A stretch of DNA of 62,913 bases, the filler included, from Octopus bimaculoides (taxonomy: Eukaryota), in NCBI RefSeq assembly GCF_001194135.2. It is 3 parts of 3 records of this genome, joined end to end, with 100 filler letters (N's around TTAATTAATTAA, not from the genome) between each part and the next. Parts side by side here need not be neighbours in the genome. Positions count along the whole stretch, not along the records: positions 31,270 to 59,398 come from NC_068981.1; 2 more parts are not named here. The stretch is one strand, 5' to 3'. The notes beneath the pieces were generated by a model. That model searched no databases. It was not told where the DNA came from and saw nothing but the letters and a program-made list of their open reading frames with translations. Shown here piece by piece: positions 40,034 to 53,600 of this stretch. The translations under genes and the position numbers were made by a program. Each line of letters begins with the position of its first letter. The first letter of the stretch is position 1.

Positions 40034-41169
40034 AATCCATGTTTTTCCAGGCTATGCTATTATGCTAATTAATAATGTGTCAATTAGCGTTGTCGTTGAT
40101 AATTTTTTCCTTACCTCAATGACGCCGGTGACATATATTAAAAGTCCCCTTATAGAACTATATTCATAAAAAGTATAGAACTATATTATCACCCTCAAAT
40201 TTGAGAAACAAACACTCATAACTATTTTCTTTTAAAACTTCATTGCATGAGATTGATACCATGAAATTCCTCAAACTGAGCTCTCTCATTTAAACTTAAT
40301 CAAAATAAAGTTTATTTTAAAAATAGAATAGTTAATCAAGCTTAAATCCAAGGGTTTTTGTGTGCGTTATTTTAAATGGCTTATAAACACCTTGCACGCT
40401 GCAATTGTTTTCGTTCCAGCACATGATCTCAGATCAGGTCTCTTGCTATGCNNNNNNNNNNNNNNNNNNNNNNNNNNNNNNNNNNNNNNNNNNNNNNNNN
40501 NNNNNNNNNNNNNNNNNNNNNNNNNNNNNNNNNNNNNNNNNNNNNNNNNNNNNNNNNNNNNNNNNNNNNNNNNNNNNNNNNNNNNNNNNNNNNNNNNNNN
40601 NNNNNNNNNNNNNNNNNNNNNNNNNNNNNNNNNNNNNNNNNNNNNNNNNNNNNNNNNNNNNNNNNNNNNNNNNNNNNNNNNNNNNNNNNNNNNNNNNNNN
40701 NNNNNNNNNNNNNNNNNNNNNNNNNNNNNNNNNNNNNNNNNNNNNNNNNNNNNNNNNNNNNNNNNNNNNNNNNNNNNNNNNNNNNNNNNNNNNNNNNNNN
40801 NNNNNNNNNNNNNNNNNNNNNNNNNNNNNNNNNNNNNNNNNNNNNNNNNNNNNNNNNNNNNNNNNNNNNNNNNNNNNNNNNNNNNNNNNNNNNNNNNNNN
40901 NNNNNNNNNNNNNNNNNNNNNNNNNNNNNNNNNNNNNNNNNNNNNNNNNNNNNNNNNNNNNNNNNNNNNNNNNNNNNNNNNNNNNNNNNNNNNNNNNNNN
41001 NNNNNNNNNNNNNNNNNNNNNNNNNNNNNNNNNNNNNNNNNNNNNNNNNNNNNNNNNNNNNNNNNNNNNNNNNNNNNNNNNNNNNNNNNNNNNNNNNNNN
41101 NNNNNNNNNNNNNNNNNNNNNNNNNNNNNNNNNNNNNNNNNNNNNNNNNNNNNNNNNNNNNNNNNNNNG

Positions 41170-41450
41170 ATTGACTACCAGGCCGCTGGTGATGATGCTA
41201 CACACCATACTAATCATGTCTGTCGGGCATGTGGAAGGGAGTGTGATTCAGCAGGAGGACTTAAACGACATGCAAAGGTACACGGAGCCCAATTACAACA
41301 ACAGCCAGTAAAGGTTTTGGATGCCAATTCTATGCAAGACATTGTAGATCTTTGGCTGGGCTAAAAAGTCAAATTCGATCACAGCACCGTTAAGTTAAGC
41401 TTCGTGCAATGGCCATACTCGATAACGAGGGGGCAGCCATCATGTATAAT
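41170..41450 (+). mobile_element. RTE-clade LINE 3' end with a C2H2-type finger
   Basis: CRACGRECDSAGGLKRHAKVH matches the C..C.R.C.S..GL..H...H motif at RTE ORF C-termini, and a second decayed finger follows. The body probably lies in the gap at 40452-41169. Confidence 0.6.
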
Positions 41451-42227
41451 GTTTACAACTAGTTTGGAACAATAAAGTTCGTAAATTCATATTCGGTGAT
41501 TCCTGGCCTTCCCAGTGTCATGTTTCATGAACTGGAGTTACTTGCCCTCTGTACTGTTTCTTTATACAGATTGACATCACCTAGACTTACCGTTAGACAC
41601 CTACATCAGCAAACCCATGTTGATTTACAGGATGTAAATCAAATTTTTGACTGTTAGGTTTTCATGTCATTAACCCTGTGTTATATTTTGTGGATGTGCT
41701 TGTTGTTTACTTGTTTATTTCTTCACTGTGTGAGGAATTTTATAAAGTATTATCCTTTTATATTGTTCTAAATGTGTTTCTGATGTATAGTATAGTTTTC
41801 TTTACGATTGATCCTGTTGCAAATGCGTGGTAAGCCAACGAGTGTTGTATTATTATACCTAATATAACGGATGGAGTTTTGAAGTTTAATTATACACTGT
41901 TATTTAAAGATATTATTGGTCACTAGTTGTCTGTTCTCAGGCTTACGTGCATGTGATTAGATGTTTAATTTCTGTGTCTCTGTAGTTTATATACCATAAT
42001 GATATCGCAAGAAAGTCCAAAATAAACATGCATATAACAACCACAAAAGAAAAACAACACATCGCTACAGGCATGAAAACCTAACGGTGAAAAGTTTAAT
42101 CAATACAAACAAATCAACACATAACTGCTGATGTAAGAACTTAATGGTTAAACATTTGACCACAACAAAGCAAATCAACTGCTCAAACACACACACACAC
42201 ACACACACACATACATACGTACATCCG

Positions 42228-42757
42228 AATTATCCACACTTTCGCCATAACATGTCTTTATATAATCACACTGCCTTCTGCGCATGCGTGCTTATAGTTG
42301 GTACTATTGTGCTCCTGTAATCGAAGTTTGAGCCTGATCGCGCCATTTTTTTTCTTTCTAACTTTATAGTGTAAGCATGGCCGCTCAATTAGCCATGTGC
42401 ACCAACGAAGAACAAAGAGCAGAGATCCAATTTCTTTGGTTGGGAGATGTTTCAGATGCTGAAATTCATCGGAGGCTTTTAGCACAATATGGAGACAGTG
42501 AACTACCGCGTAGAGGTGTATGAGTGGTTCGAGAAGTTCAAAAGTGGCCGGACAAGCGTGACGCACGAAGAAGGAGCAGGACGCCCATCAACCTTCACCA
42601 CTGATGAGAGGATTCAGCTCAACCTTCGATCAGGCTCAAACTTCGATCACGTGACCACAATAGTATCAACTATAAGCACGCATGCGCAGAAAGCAATATG
42701 GCAATAATAAAGATATTTTATGGTGAAAGTGCGTATAATTTTTTATTTCCCCTCGTA
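42228..42757 (+). mobile_element. mariner-derived non-autonomous element with ~85-bp inverted repeats
   Basis: ttctgcgcatgcgtgcttatagttg.tactattgtg is present at both ends in inverted orientation. A frameshifted transposase N-terminus reads MCTNEEQRAEIQFLW...EIHRRLLAQYG...VYEWFEKFKSGRTSVTHEEGAGRPST. The right end is CCCTCG+TA. Confidence 0.9.
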
Positions 42758-42761
42758 AATA

Positions 42762-42792
<31 letters not shown>

Positions 42793-43289
42793 CTGTGCAT
42801 GTATATGTTGTGTATGTATATATATAAATATACTTTATTTAAAAGCAGCAAAAATATAACAAAAAAACTGTTACTCGGACAATGAACGGGAACATGAAAC
42901 TCCGAGTAACAGTTTTTCGTTATATTTCTGCTGCTTCTAAATAAAGCATATTACTCTACCTCTGGTATTTGAGTACTCTTTTTTCCACCTTGTTGCACAT
43001 GTATGTGCTTACTCCGGTATATATAAATATATACATATGTATGCAGCCATACATATATTCACTAAATATGCACTCATAGATACATGTAGATGTTCAGGTA
43101 ATATACATGTATGTTTGTGCATATGGGTGTACATGTTTTGTGATTATAATTTTATGTTAAAATACACCGATAGTGGGAATGTGCAAAGGAAAAAGGCGTA
43201 AACTTTAGTTGATATCCCAATATTTCTATTGTAATCTCCTGCCTCTCCTACTCTTCCTATAACCTTCAGCCAGCAAGAATTTAGTTGGG

Positions 43290-43960
43290 TTGAATAAAGT
43301 AGGTTTTGTCATTCTGTTCTGTTGTTATAGAGTGTCTAGTTGTGGTTCATATTTATTCATAAACATATTTTCCTTATTTAATTGAAATTCAACTGAAATA
43401 TTCCCACTATATTGATAGGGGGGGAAATGTTTTTTGGGCTGTTTTGCTAGTCAAGGGATTTCGTATTTTTTGCCTGTGTTTCATCATTCTGTCCTTCAGA
43501 GTTAAACCCGTTTGCCTCATGTAGTCTTCTTCACACCCACCGTATTTGATAACATAGATTAGATTTCTTGATGAATAAGTGAAATTACTTTTTTATTGTG
43601 AATGTTTATCCTGATTTGAATTTATATGTCGAACTTTCAAGAGGTTGATACAGATTCGCAATTAGGGTGATCACATTTTTTTTTATGTTTGGGTTACATT
43701 TTTGCTAAGAAATTTGGCGCTGGTAAGTGGTCTTTTAGAGACTTAGGTTGTCTTTTACTTGTAATTATTTTATGCGTTTTGAGTACCTTTTGCATTCGAA
43801 AGACGTTCATCAGAAGAGACATAGTCTGATAGATGATGTATATTTCCATGTTTCTTGACTTGTGTGTTGATACATAAGATAAAATATTGAGTGTATCAGG
43901 AGGGTTTCTTGTTTTTCTTAATTCTTGAATGTCTATCCTTTTTGCACGTTCTATTCCGCC
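43290..43960 (-). mobile_element. Penelope-like element, GIY-YIG endonuclease region, degraded
   Basis: The minus strand reads NLIYVIKYGGCEEDYMRQTGLTLKDRMMKHRQ, a decayed IY.I.C..C...YIGQT...L..R...H motif. Confidence 0.65.
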
Positions 43961-44955
43961 CCTGTCTCTCTCTATATGTGCATGTGTGCGCGCGCACGTG
44001 TACGTTTCATCGTGTTTTATTGTAAAATAATTTTCTCCGTTTACTCAGGTTTTTCTCTCTTTCCTTGAACTCACATCTTCCATCTCCTTTATTCCGTATC
44101 ATTATTTTTCTCCCTTCCACTTAGAGACGTAGGGCCTATACCCAGGTTCTAAAGTTAGGAGGAGCGAGTTCATAAACAATGGTGCCGTACACATACCAAA
44201 CAATTTTTTATTAATTTCTTTTATATTACAAACGATATTTCAATAAATATTACACGCAATTGTATTCTACATTCATTACTTTAAGGTTTCAGCAACAATG
44301 TCAGTTTGTATGAAACTTACAGTTACTGATATAGGTGTGACGTGAAAAAGATGAAACTCTACGAGATCGTCCAGTATCGAGACGTTATAATGCCAGATGG
44401 TGTTTTGGTTCTTCAGATGTGAGCAGCCACCAACACATCGCAAGAGATTGAGCAGAAAGTTAAAAAACACGGGTGGTTGATCAGATAAAGTAATGACTCC
44501 AGAAAGGTCTTCCAAGGTCCCACGATTAACAAAAACAAAGAAGAAATTTGACTTTTATCACACAAGTGAACTAGATTTCAGAAAATTATTGAAAAAGCTC
44601 CAATTTTGAAAAATGTGCCCGTGGGGAACGGTCGCTTTCCTTGCTCCGCTATTAGCTACGCCACTGTTTCCACATTTATGACTTTCACTTTAGATTCTGA
44701 CACGTGTACGTACCCCCATCACCTTTATTTTTGCGCCTCTACGATCTCCGTTAGGTTTTTTTCTTCTTTCACTGAAATACAAAACTCCATGTTCGGATAT
44801 TGTGAGTTATTTCCTTCCACTTCTTTTCTCATTTCGTCTCTCATTTCTTTACCAGTAGTACCACACACCATTAAGCTTATGCGCACATACTTTCTACAAT
44901 ACCCTCTATATTCTCTTTGTTTTCGCTTTTACATATATATGTATGTATATGAATG

Positions 44956-45980
44956 TGTAAGAACGACCGTCACGTCGGGGTCACCAGTTTGTAAGAACGA
45001 CCGTGCGAACCAAAGGGAGAAATGGTGACGAATGGAAAACAGGCTCCATTTTTAAACGCGTCACACGGTCGACACAAAATATAAATGAACATATGTTATA
45101 ATACTATAACATAGAGAACTAAGAAATGCCAGTAAGGAACACGATAGAAACGCAATCGTATGAGATGTATAACAGTAGGATTTATTGGAGCATTAAATTG
45201 TATGTCTGTGTGTGAGTGAATGCGACATAATGAAGCACAATAAAAGACAGGCCGTCGTGTAAACAAAAGAGTGTGTGCAAGTAATACATGTATGTGTATG
45301 TGAATGCATGAGATACAGAGTATAGGCAAGAGTCAGTAACACGGATAAGGAAAATAAACCAGTTCTTAGTTAAGGTACACAGTAGTAAGTGTCTGTATAT
45401 AAGCATTTAAGGTTAAGGCAGAACGGTCACTCGTCGTGATGTTGGGGCTTCTATGCCGGGCCGGGTTCTTGAATACAGATGTTCTTCGCAAGCTGGGTTC
45501 TGGCTGTTAATTTCGTGGTGAGGCGATTCACACAAACAGGGTTGAAAAGGTGCGGTAGCTGTTTGGTAGCTGTTGGTAGTTTGTGTACGTGTAGAAGTCA
45601 TGTTGACGCTGGCGGCGATGGTGGTAGTCGTAGTTGAAGTGGTTGTTGATGTCGTCGCTGGAAACGGGCTGGTTGATTGGTGCTGTGTTACGCATGTGTG
45701 GTCAAACGACCAGATCTTACAAGATCTGAGCCGCGACGAATTGGCGGGTATCTAGCAGGCTATTTATAGATACAGAAAGGCTCCAGAGAATCATCAGAAG
45801 ATCACTCTCACGTGACCTTATTAGGGGCTACGGTTGGTCGATTTACGTCCTGGGGTGAACGGACTGGAGATAATTTAGCCGCGCAAAGAATAATCAGTCA
45901 GGTGATGACAGGGAAAGAGTTGCTTTCTACTACGCTCGCATTTGTTTATATATAACAGTGGGAGAGATGGTTTCACTACA
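44956..45980 (-). mobile_element. Gypsy-type LTR (~990 bp) plus a tRNA-Trp primer-binding site plus a duplicated LTR end, bounded by a 4-bp TSD
   Basis: Minus strand: TGTAGTGAA (45980)...TATAAATA...TTCTTACA (44990), then AAC, then TGGTGACCCCGACGTGA (44986-44970), then a second CGGTCGTTCTTACA ending at 44956. AATG flanks both ends (44952-44955, 45981-45984). Confidence 0.85.
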
Positions 45981-46279
45981 AATGTGTAACAAGTATATGT
46001 TCACAGTTTGCTTGCGTACCTTTAGCATGCGCATATCGGCTCATAGCCTTTCAACGCGTACGCCTGTCGCCGTCCTCCAGCAGAAGTTATGTCACGTATT
46101 TGTTTTCCTGTTCTATTCAAGTACCAACTGCATGAGAAACCTTATTTATATTTTCTGACAGTGTATTTCGAGCGCATTTAATCTTCCCGGTTTTCCCTTT
46201 ATCTACATGCACACGAATATTGGAACTCAAACCAGCTTAATCCATCAACCCAACATCTCCCCGGTAAAAATGTATATGA

Positions 46280-46310
<31 letters not shown>

Positions 46311-47245
46311 CATGGACATGCATACATCCAGCTATGTATGTATTAACCTAGCAAGCTAATTATATCTATATGTGTGTGTGTTTCTGTTTATATATGTATC
46401 TATGTATGCTTGTAGTTTATACAAGCTGTATAAACGATTACCGTCTGCTGGATCTAATTAATTTTAATTAGTTTATAGTTGTAGTGACGGCTAAAATCTA
46501 TGCATTAACCCTCCATAAGTAAACTTTAGTATAGAAAACAAACTTGTAATTCACCAGCAATTTATTTCATCAAATTAACTGTGGGAAACATGTCAAATAT
46601 TCAAATCCGTGTGCCTAGATGAATGAAACACTTAACAATAGTGGCTCTTTAATTTCACAGTGGTCAGTTGAGATTGTTGCTGATGGGAACTTAAACACGA
46701 TTGCACCTATAGTCCAGTTTATCTCTACTTTTTTTTTTTATCAGTCGTATAATTTTGTTTACGACTATCCAACGTCTCTAATTATAGTTAGTTCACATAT
46801 ACAAAGACGGCTGAAACTTACAGATAAATTCAAAGGCGCGCGCGTGTATGTGTGCATGTGTGAGTATGCATGCATTGTGCGCGCGCGAGCGTGTATATGT
46901 GTGTGTGAGTGTGTATGCGCGCGCTTGTCTGTATATATATATATATATGTGTGTGTTTCGGTCGCGGGATGAATGCTAATATTGAAACGAGAGTGTTGCG
47001 GTTTTAAGAAGCAAAGCCACATTATTGGTATTGGATATACATAGCACGTATATCCTGATGTCTCTCATGGAAATGAAATATTTATATTAAAATATTATTT
47101 GTTATTTTCATTCAGTTATATATCTTAACCATGCTTTGCATGCCTTGCATTTATGCAGAAGGCGCCACTAGTGTATGTATGCATGTATGTATTATGTATG
47201 TATGTATGTATGTATGTATGCGTGTGTATGTATATACACACACAT

Positions 47246-47294
<49 letters not shown>

Positions 47295-48949
47295 CAGATA
47301 GATAGAAGGGTAGATAGAGTTCGAGAGAGAAACTGTATAAACTTAATTGTATGCATCTATACATGCATACATACATGCATGCATGCATACATACATTCAT
47401 GCACACATACATGCACACATAGATCAGTGGTGTCTTCTGCACATATGGAAGTCATGCGATGCCTAAGATATATAAATGAATGCAAATAAATGAAATTTTA
47501 ATATCGTTCATTTTTATGAGGGCCGACTAGAACGGGTGTGCATATATGCATATATGCTTGCATGTATATATGCATGTATGAGTATATATGTTTATACATA
47601 CATACATACATACACACATACATACATACATACACTACATACACACATACANNNNNNNNNNNNNNNNNNNNNNNNNNNNNNNNNNNNNNNNNNNNNNNNN
47701 NNNNNNNNNNNNNNNNNNNNNNNNNNNNNNNNNNNNNNNNNNNNNNNNNNNNNNNNNNNNNNNNNNNNNNNNNNNNNNNNNNNNNNNNNNNNNNNNNNNN
47801 NNNNNNNNNNNNNNNNNNNNNNNNNNNNNNNNNNNNNNNNNNNNNNNNNNNNNNNNNNNNNNNNNNNNNNNNNNNNNNNNNNNNNNNNNNNNNNNNNNNN
47901 NNNNNNNTGAAATGATTGTGCTACTAATAAATGTACACACGCACTTGAAGTGTGGTATCTTGGTGCTACAGAACCAGTGAGATAAAGAGTAAACTTGCAA
48001 TAGATGCTGATGAGCACATAGATATTAAGGTACTAGAGTGAAACGAAAGAATATTGACAGTATAATCGATTAACAAATTGATCAATTATCTAATTGACTG
48101 GTAATAAGCCTGAAGTGCAATATAACCAGCACATGTAATTTTATTGGTAGTATGGCCCTCTGAAAATACAACAATATCATTTCCTGCTTTGTTGGAGTGT
48201 GCAAGCACCATATTTCTCTCGTTTCAGTTTGGGTATAATTTCCCCGAATAAATATCCTTTCTAATGTCAACCATATTAAATGTGAACTACATGTATTTTA
48301 TTATGACACTAACTTTTTTTAAAGTAAACATTACATCAGTACTTTTCTGAGCTTTTTATAGGCAACTGGACTAAAAGGATGAATGGAAGGGATGAGAGTG
48401 TGCTGAGTAACAAAAAAAAATGGATAAGAGTAGAAGGTAGCAAATGAATGATAACAATAATAGTGATATAGTGATAGTTAGAGAGAGAGGGGGAGAGACG
48501 GAGAGAGAGAGGGGGAGAGACGGAGAGAGAGGGGGAGAGACGGAGAGAGAGAGGGGGAGAGAGAGGGTAGAAACGGAGAGAGGGGGCGGAGCGGGAAAAA
48601 AGATGGATATCAATAATAAATGATAGGAGTGAGGGAAATGAGTGAGCAAAGATGATGGCAAACAAGGAAGAAACATAGTGTTAATAGGGACTGAAAAAGG
48701 ACAAATACAATGTTATCCTCTATTACACAGTCGGTGTGATGGCAGAGATTAATGAAAAGCAAGGATTGATTGCCTTACATAGGCACAGTGATAGAAAGGA
48801 GGGTGAATGATTGGTGGAGGAACAAACAGAGGGAATTTATATAAGTAGATAAATAAATAAAATAAAAATAATGAACAAAAAAGACCCACATGTAGATAGG
48901 ACATCACAACTTCAATTACAACCACCACCACTCTCCCCATCACCACAAA

Positions 48950-50650
48950 ACCAGTTTCCCACCTGTGTTGAAACACTTGATCAGATCTTTCTAATACACC
49001 GTATCACCACTCATTGCAGTCCTTTATCATCTTCATTTGTGAGGTTCAGCTTCTTAGGATCAGTCCTCACCACTCAGTCTCACATCTTTCTAGATCTCTC
49101 ACTTCCTGATGTTCCATCTATTTCAAGCATTCAGCACTAGTTCATGCAAATAACCCCAGCCCTCATGCGTATCACATGCCCGTACCAGCACATTTTTCTC
49201 TCATGTGCCCTAAACCTGACTTCTCTTATACTCTACTGTCGTCTGTTATTTATGCCCCTTCGTTCATGCACACAAACATTACAAATCAAACGGAACATGC
49301 CTATTCCATTTCTTAACAGTTTTCGCAATTCTCTGCACTCATGGCCCAAACTTCAATACCATACAACATCAGCATTCGTATACAAATGTCATACAATCTG
49401 CACAATCCGCCATTCACTATGAGAAAGAAATTGTTCGCTATCAGAGGCAACAGCTCCCTGGACTTAAATTTGTGGCTGCTATATTTTCGAAATACCTCTC
49501 CATTTTTAATTATATCACTTAGGTAACACAACATTTCAATTATTTCTTGGGACTTGGATCGTTTTTAAAGTATACTGCTTGAAAGGTGCAGCTCTTAATT
49601 TTGGCTCCTTTCCTTACTAACTACACGTCACATGTTTAGCCATTTGTTACTGTTCTTTTACCCTCTCCCGCTTTTGTTTATTCTTCCAGCCTTGTTTCAT
49701 AGATTTTATGTCTCTACCTACGGCACTATTAAACTATTATGTTATCTTAGATTTAGTTGGAACTGTATACCAACTAAATACTTGGTCTGAAGCTGACTGC
49801 AGGCTGTCTAGTAGAAACACACATTTGCACACGGTGTTATAAGTTTTGTTTTTCATTTTTCTTTTTTTTTTTTCTTATTTTTGTTCTTCCATCATGAATC
49901 TACAAATTTCTGAGTGGATAGTTCTTTCCAAATCGTCCTCTTCCAAGCTGTTTGTTTTTCTGGATTCGTCTCACTCTTTGCTCTTAAGTTACTAATCATT
50001 GGTATATGTTGTGTGATATATCTCTTCACTAGAGAAAGACTTCTCTGGCAGATTTTTTGAAGCTAGTGTTGCACCTGTAAATCCTTTGAATCACGAAACT
50101 TAAAGGTTCCTCATTCATATGCATTCTTATAACCTCTGTATATGCCCAAGAAGTCATCGTGATATTGCCCAAAATGTTCATTAAAACCTTTAATGCAGAT
50201 AAAGAAGTCATTATCATTCTATATTGGAGTAGTCTTTGGAATGGCCTGTTAAAAACAGTCCACTTTTTTCATTTACATCCCCTTAATAAAACTTACCATG
50301 CAGAGATAAATGTCACTCACATTACCCATGACTTGCTCCACTTAACTATTCTACCCATTCTAGGCATACTTATTTTACTTTAATAACTTTATCTACAAAT
50401 TTCTCTGCAAAAAACAATATGTCTACTCCCTCAATATACTCCATTGCAGTTACCTTCACAGAGAAATTTATACCTGCGTTTCTTGCCTGTGAGGAATCTG
50501 GCTGAGATTCCTCTCCATCTTACCTCTTGTACACCTCTACTTGACTTCACTCCAGCATCTCAACAATATAGTCTTGGATGTTGAAGTAGGTACTTCAGTT
50601 TCATTCATTTTCATATAACATTTTCATATTAAAGAGGTATGTTATAAAAC
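48950..50650 (-). mobile_element. old RTE-clade LINE, heavily decayed, with the RT core apparently missing
   Basis: GRLYDICIRMLMLYGIEVWAM resembles the RTE motif GRLY.ACVR..MLYGSETWA. Endonuclease-like remnants lie at 50000-50600. Confidence 0.6.
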
Positions 50651-53600
50651 AAGTCACATCTGCCTTTATCTACCTAACTTCTCTCCATCCTCGTTTATTT
50701 CTCCATGTGTTATTGACAAATATATTTTGATGAAAGTTCTGATATATTTTAAATTCAATTCTTTCTCGTTTTCCTCTGCATTTTTGCTTTGTTACTTATT
50801 TCCTTTTGTTTTTATGTTTCTGGTAGGTTTTTGTTTCATTTATTTTGTCTAATTTCAAAGAAAAACTTTTACCATTGACAAACAGCTGTGTCTGATATAC
50901 TCATCTATCCTCTATAATCAATCATTCTCTCTACCAACCTAACTGATCACATGACTACAATCAGTTTATTGAATTAGCTAAGTCAAGAAATACATAAATA
51001 TATAAATAAATAAATAATTCAAATCAAATTTAAGGTGTAAAAGTTTGGAAGAGATTTTTTTTTCTCCACCTACATACTATTATTTTATTAAATAAAATAC
51101 TCTCTGCTTTAAAAAAAAATTGCTTTAAATCTGTTTTGTATGTTTTGTTTTTGCTTAAGTATTTTTATTTCTTCAATTCCTTTGTCTCCATGTAGAGAAT
51201 ATAGATGCAGCTCTTTCGATTGAAATTTCTAATCAGATTTTATCCATGAAAACGAAGAAGAAAAATATAAATCTTGTTAGAATATTCAAAGTAATCAATA
51301 TTATTATTTATTCAATCCATTTCTCTTCCTTTTGAGCTTTTCACTTTCTTGTTGTAGAACCACATACTTCTTTTTTCATCTGTTTCACAGTTTGCGCTGT
51401 TTCTACTCTCATTATAACCTTTGCAACCTTCCTACTTAACAAATTCTTTAGGTTTTCGTCTGAGAGTAGAACCTGTTAAATCAAATAAAATACCATTTAC
51501 ACAATAACCAAAGATTTGTCTATAACTTCAGCACTTTGTAAGGGTTGAAATTATGGCTTAAAGGGCTAGTAATAAAATTGACAATCATTCTTAGAAAATC
51601 TGATGTAGAAGTATAACAATTTGGGAATCTATTTTATTTTTCAGGGCGAATGAATTCATTTATATTTTCAGGTCATAATAACAGTAACAACAATAAAGCA
51701 CAATAGAGAAAAAAGCACAAAACAAGTAAATACATTTTTATTCAGTGTATTCAACAATTTCATATTTTAGTCATTGTTCTCTTGCATGACGCTACTAAAT
51801 TGGATTTATATGGAAATTTTGATATTTTTTCTACTTTCGAACATGACAGCTTATTCTGTACATGAAGTTTCATTTGATTAATGCCTTTTTAGCATGCTTT
51901 GCAGTAACAAGTAGGTAGATATGTGTAGAAAATGCATAAAAGGGATTTTAAACAATGAAGTGAACATAAGGATATAAAACTCAGCATTCTCGAGGAGAAA
52001 TATTGTCTAATTGGTTGCAAGTAACACAAAATAAAGAACAAATGATATTACAAAATATAATCAGATATGAAAGTTATATGTATTGATGTGTGATGAGAAT
52101 TCCACAGGTAATTGAAGCACTTGACAGTCAAAATGTTTCTAGAGGACAAAATTTTAGGATGTTAACTGGAATTTCAATAAGTATAATGAATTTTAATTTA
52201 ATCTTAATTTTGTGAATACAAGAATGAATTGGAGTAATTCAACAATAATTTGTGATATTAGTCTTAAACAAATTTCAAAAGGACGGGGTGTAAAATGAGT
52301 GAACAGATGAAAGAAAATGCCAGTCCAAAGAGGATTTGTGCTCACATTGAACAGAAAAGCATTTAAGAATTTTCCAGATTCTGAATCCATAAATTTACTA
52401 CCTTCAAAGGATTAATAAATAAAGGAAATTTATCTTACAAATGATCAGAGATTCAATATAAAAATATTCAATTCATTTAATATGTACCAACTGGTACATA
52501 TTTGTTGTAGCCAATATACAATATGCATATAATGAGTTAAGGGACCTCTAAATATATTCTGTCAGGACAAGGGCTCTCATACATTACTATTTTTGCATTG
52601 CAAAATGAAACTATTGGTTTTTTCATCTATGAGTCTTCCTTCATTACAAGATGATTTCCAGATTGTGGAAAGATAACTGAGTTCCTTTATTCCATGCTAT
52701 TATCCATGTTTAAAATGAAGATAACTGTAATGCAATCTTAAATCATCTTAGAGCATGCCCACAATAGAGACAAGATGATCTTCTCTATAATGTTGATTGA
52801 ATAATTATTCAATCAGCTACTTCTGCAACATAGCTTATGCAAAGCTAATAGACATTACTCACAAACAATAATTACATTAACATGCAGTAAGTATTGCAAC
52901 ATATCAAACCTTTAAACATGGGATAAGTCCACAAAATTTATTTCTTCATCATGCTATTTAATGGGTTGTATCATGTGATTGTGAATTAATATCTATTTCA
53001 GTTACAAAACAAGTAGCCAGTTATATAACTATTCATCTAAAGACACATTTTGGAATGCAGCATTGAATAAAAAGCAAGAGAAAATAATACTGCTTTAACT
53101 GCAATGAAAGAAGCACATTAATTTATGATAATGACTACAATATTTGAATTGGATTTTTAAAATTAATTTTATTAGAAGAAAAAGAGAAACATTTGTTTTA
53201 TGTTCTGTTGAGTTTGTCTGGAATATTTAACTAGTTATCATAGTCAAGTTGTTAGTGAATAAATCTATTGAAAGTACTTTATTATTTTTTTTTTATAGTC
53301 TGCATTGGAATGAAGTGTAATTTAAAATAGAAATATAGCAGATATTTTTAAAATTCCAACAATTTTTATTAATCTTAAAATTCTATTGAATTGAATTTTT
53401 TTATATTGATTTTTTAATCATGCAATAAGGTTTTCATTTTTGTTTCTAATGAGTTCCAATTGTGCATAAAACTGTCTTCTTTGTATAATATATCAAAGAG
53501 AATATTCTCGTAAAATGAAAGATAATCTTTATGCTATCTTTTCAATGGGGTGGTTTTACAGCAAATGCACCAACTCAAGTGGGGTTTCCAAATGATTTCT

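Noticed and set aside
44970-44986. tRNA-Trp gene
   Set aside because: Only the 3'-terminal 17 nt including CCA are present, next to an LTR end, so it is a primer-binding site.
52193-52390. Hydrophobic 65-aa minus-strand ORF
   Set aside because: No homology recognised. Hydrophobic bias is typical of random T-rich frames.
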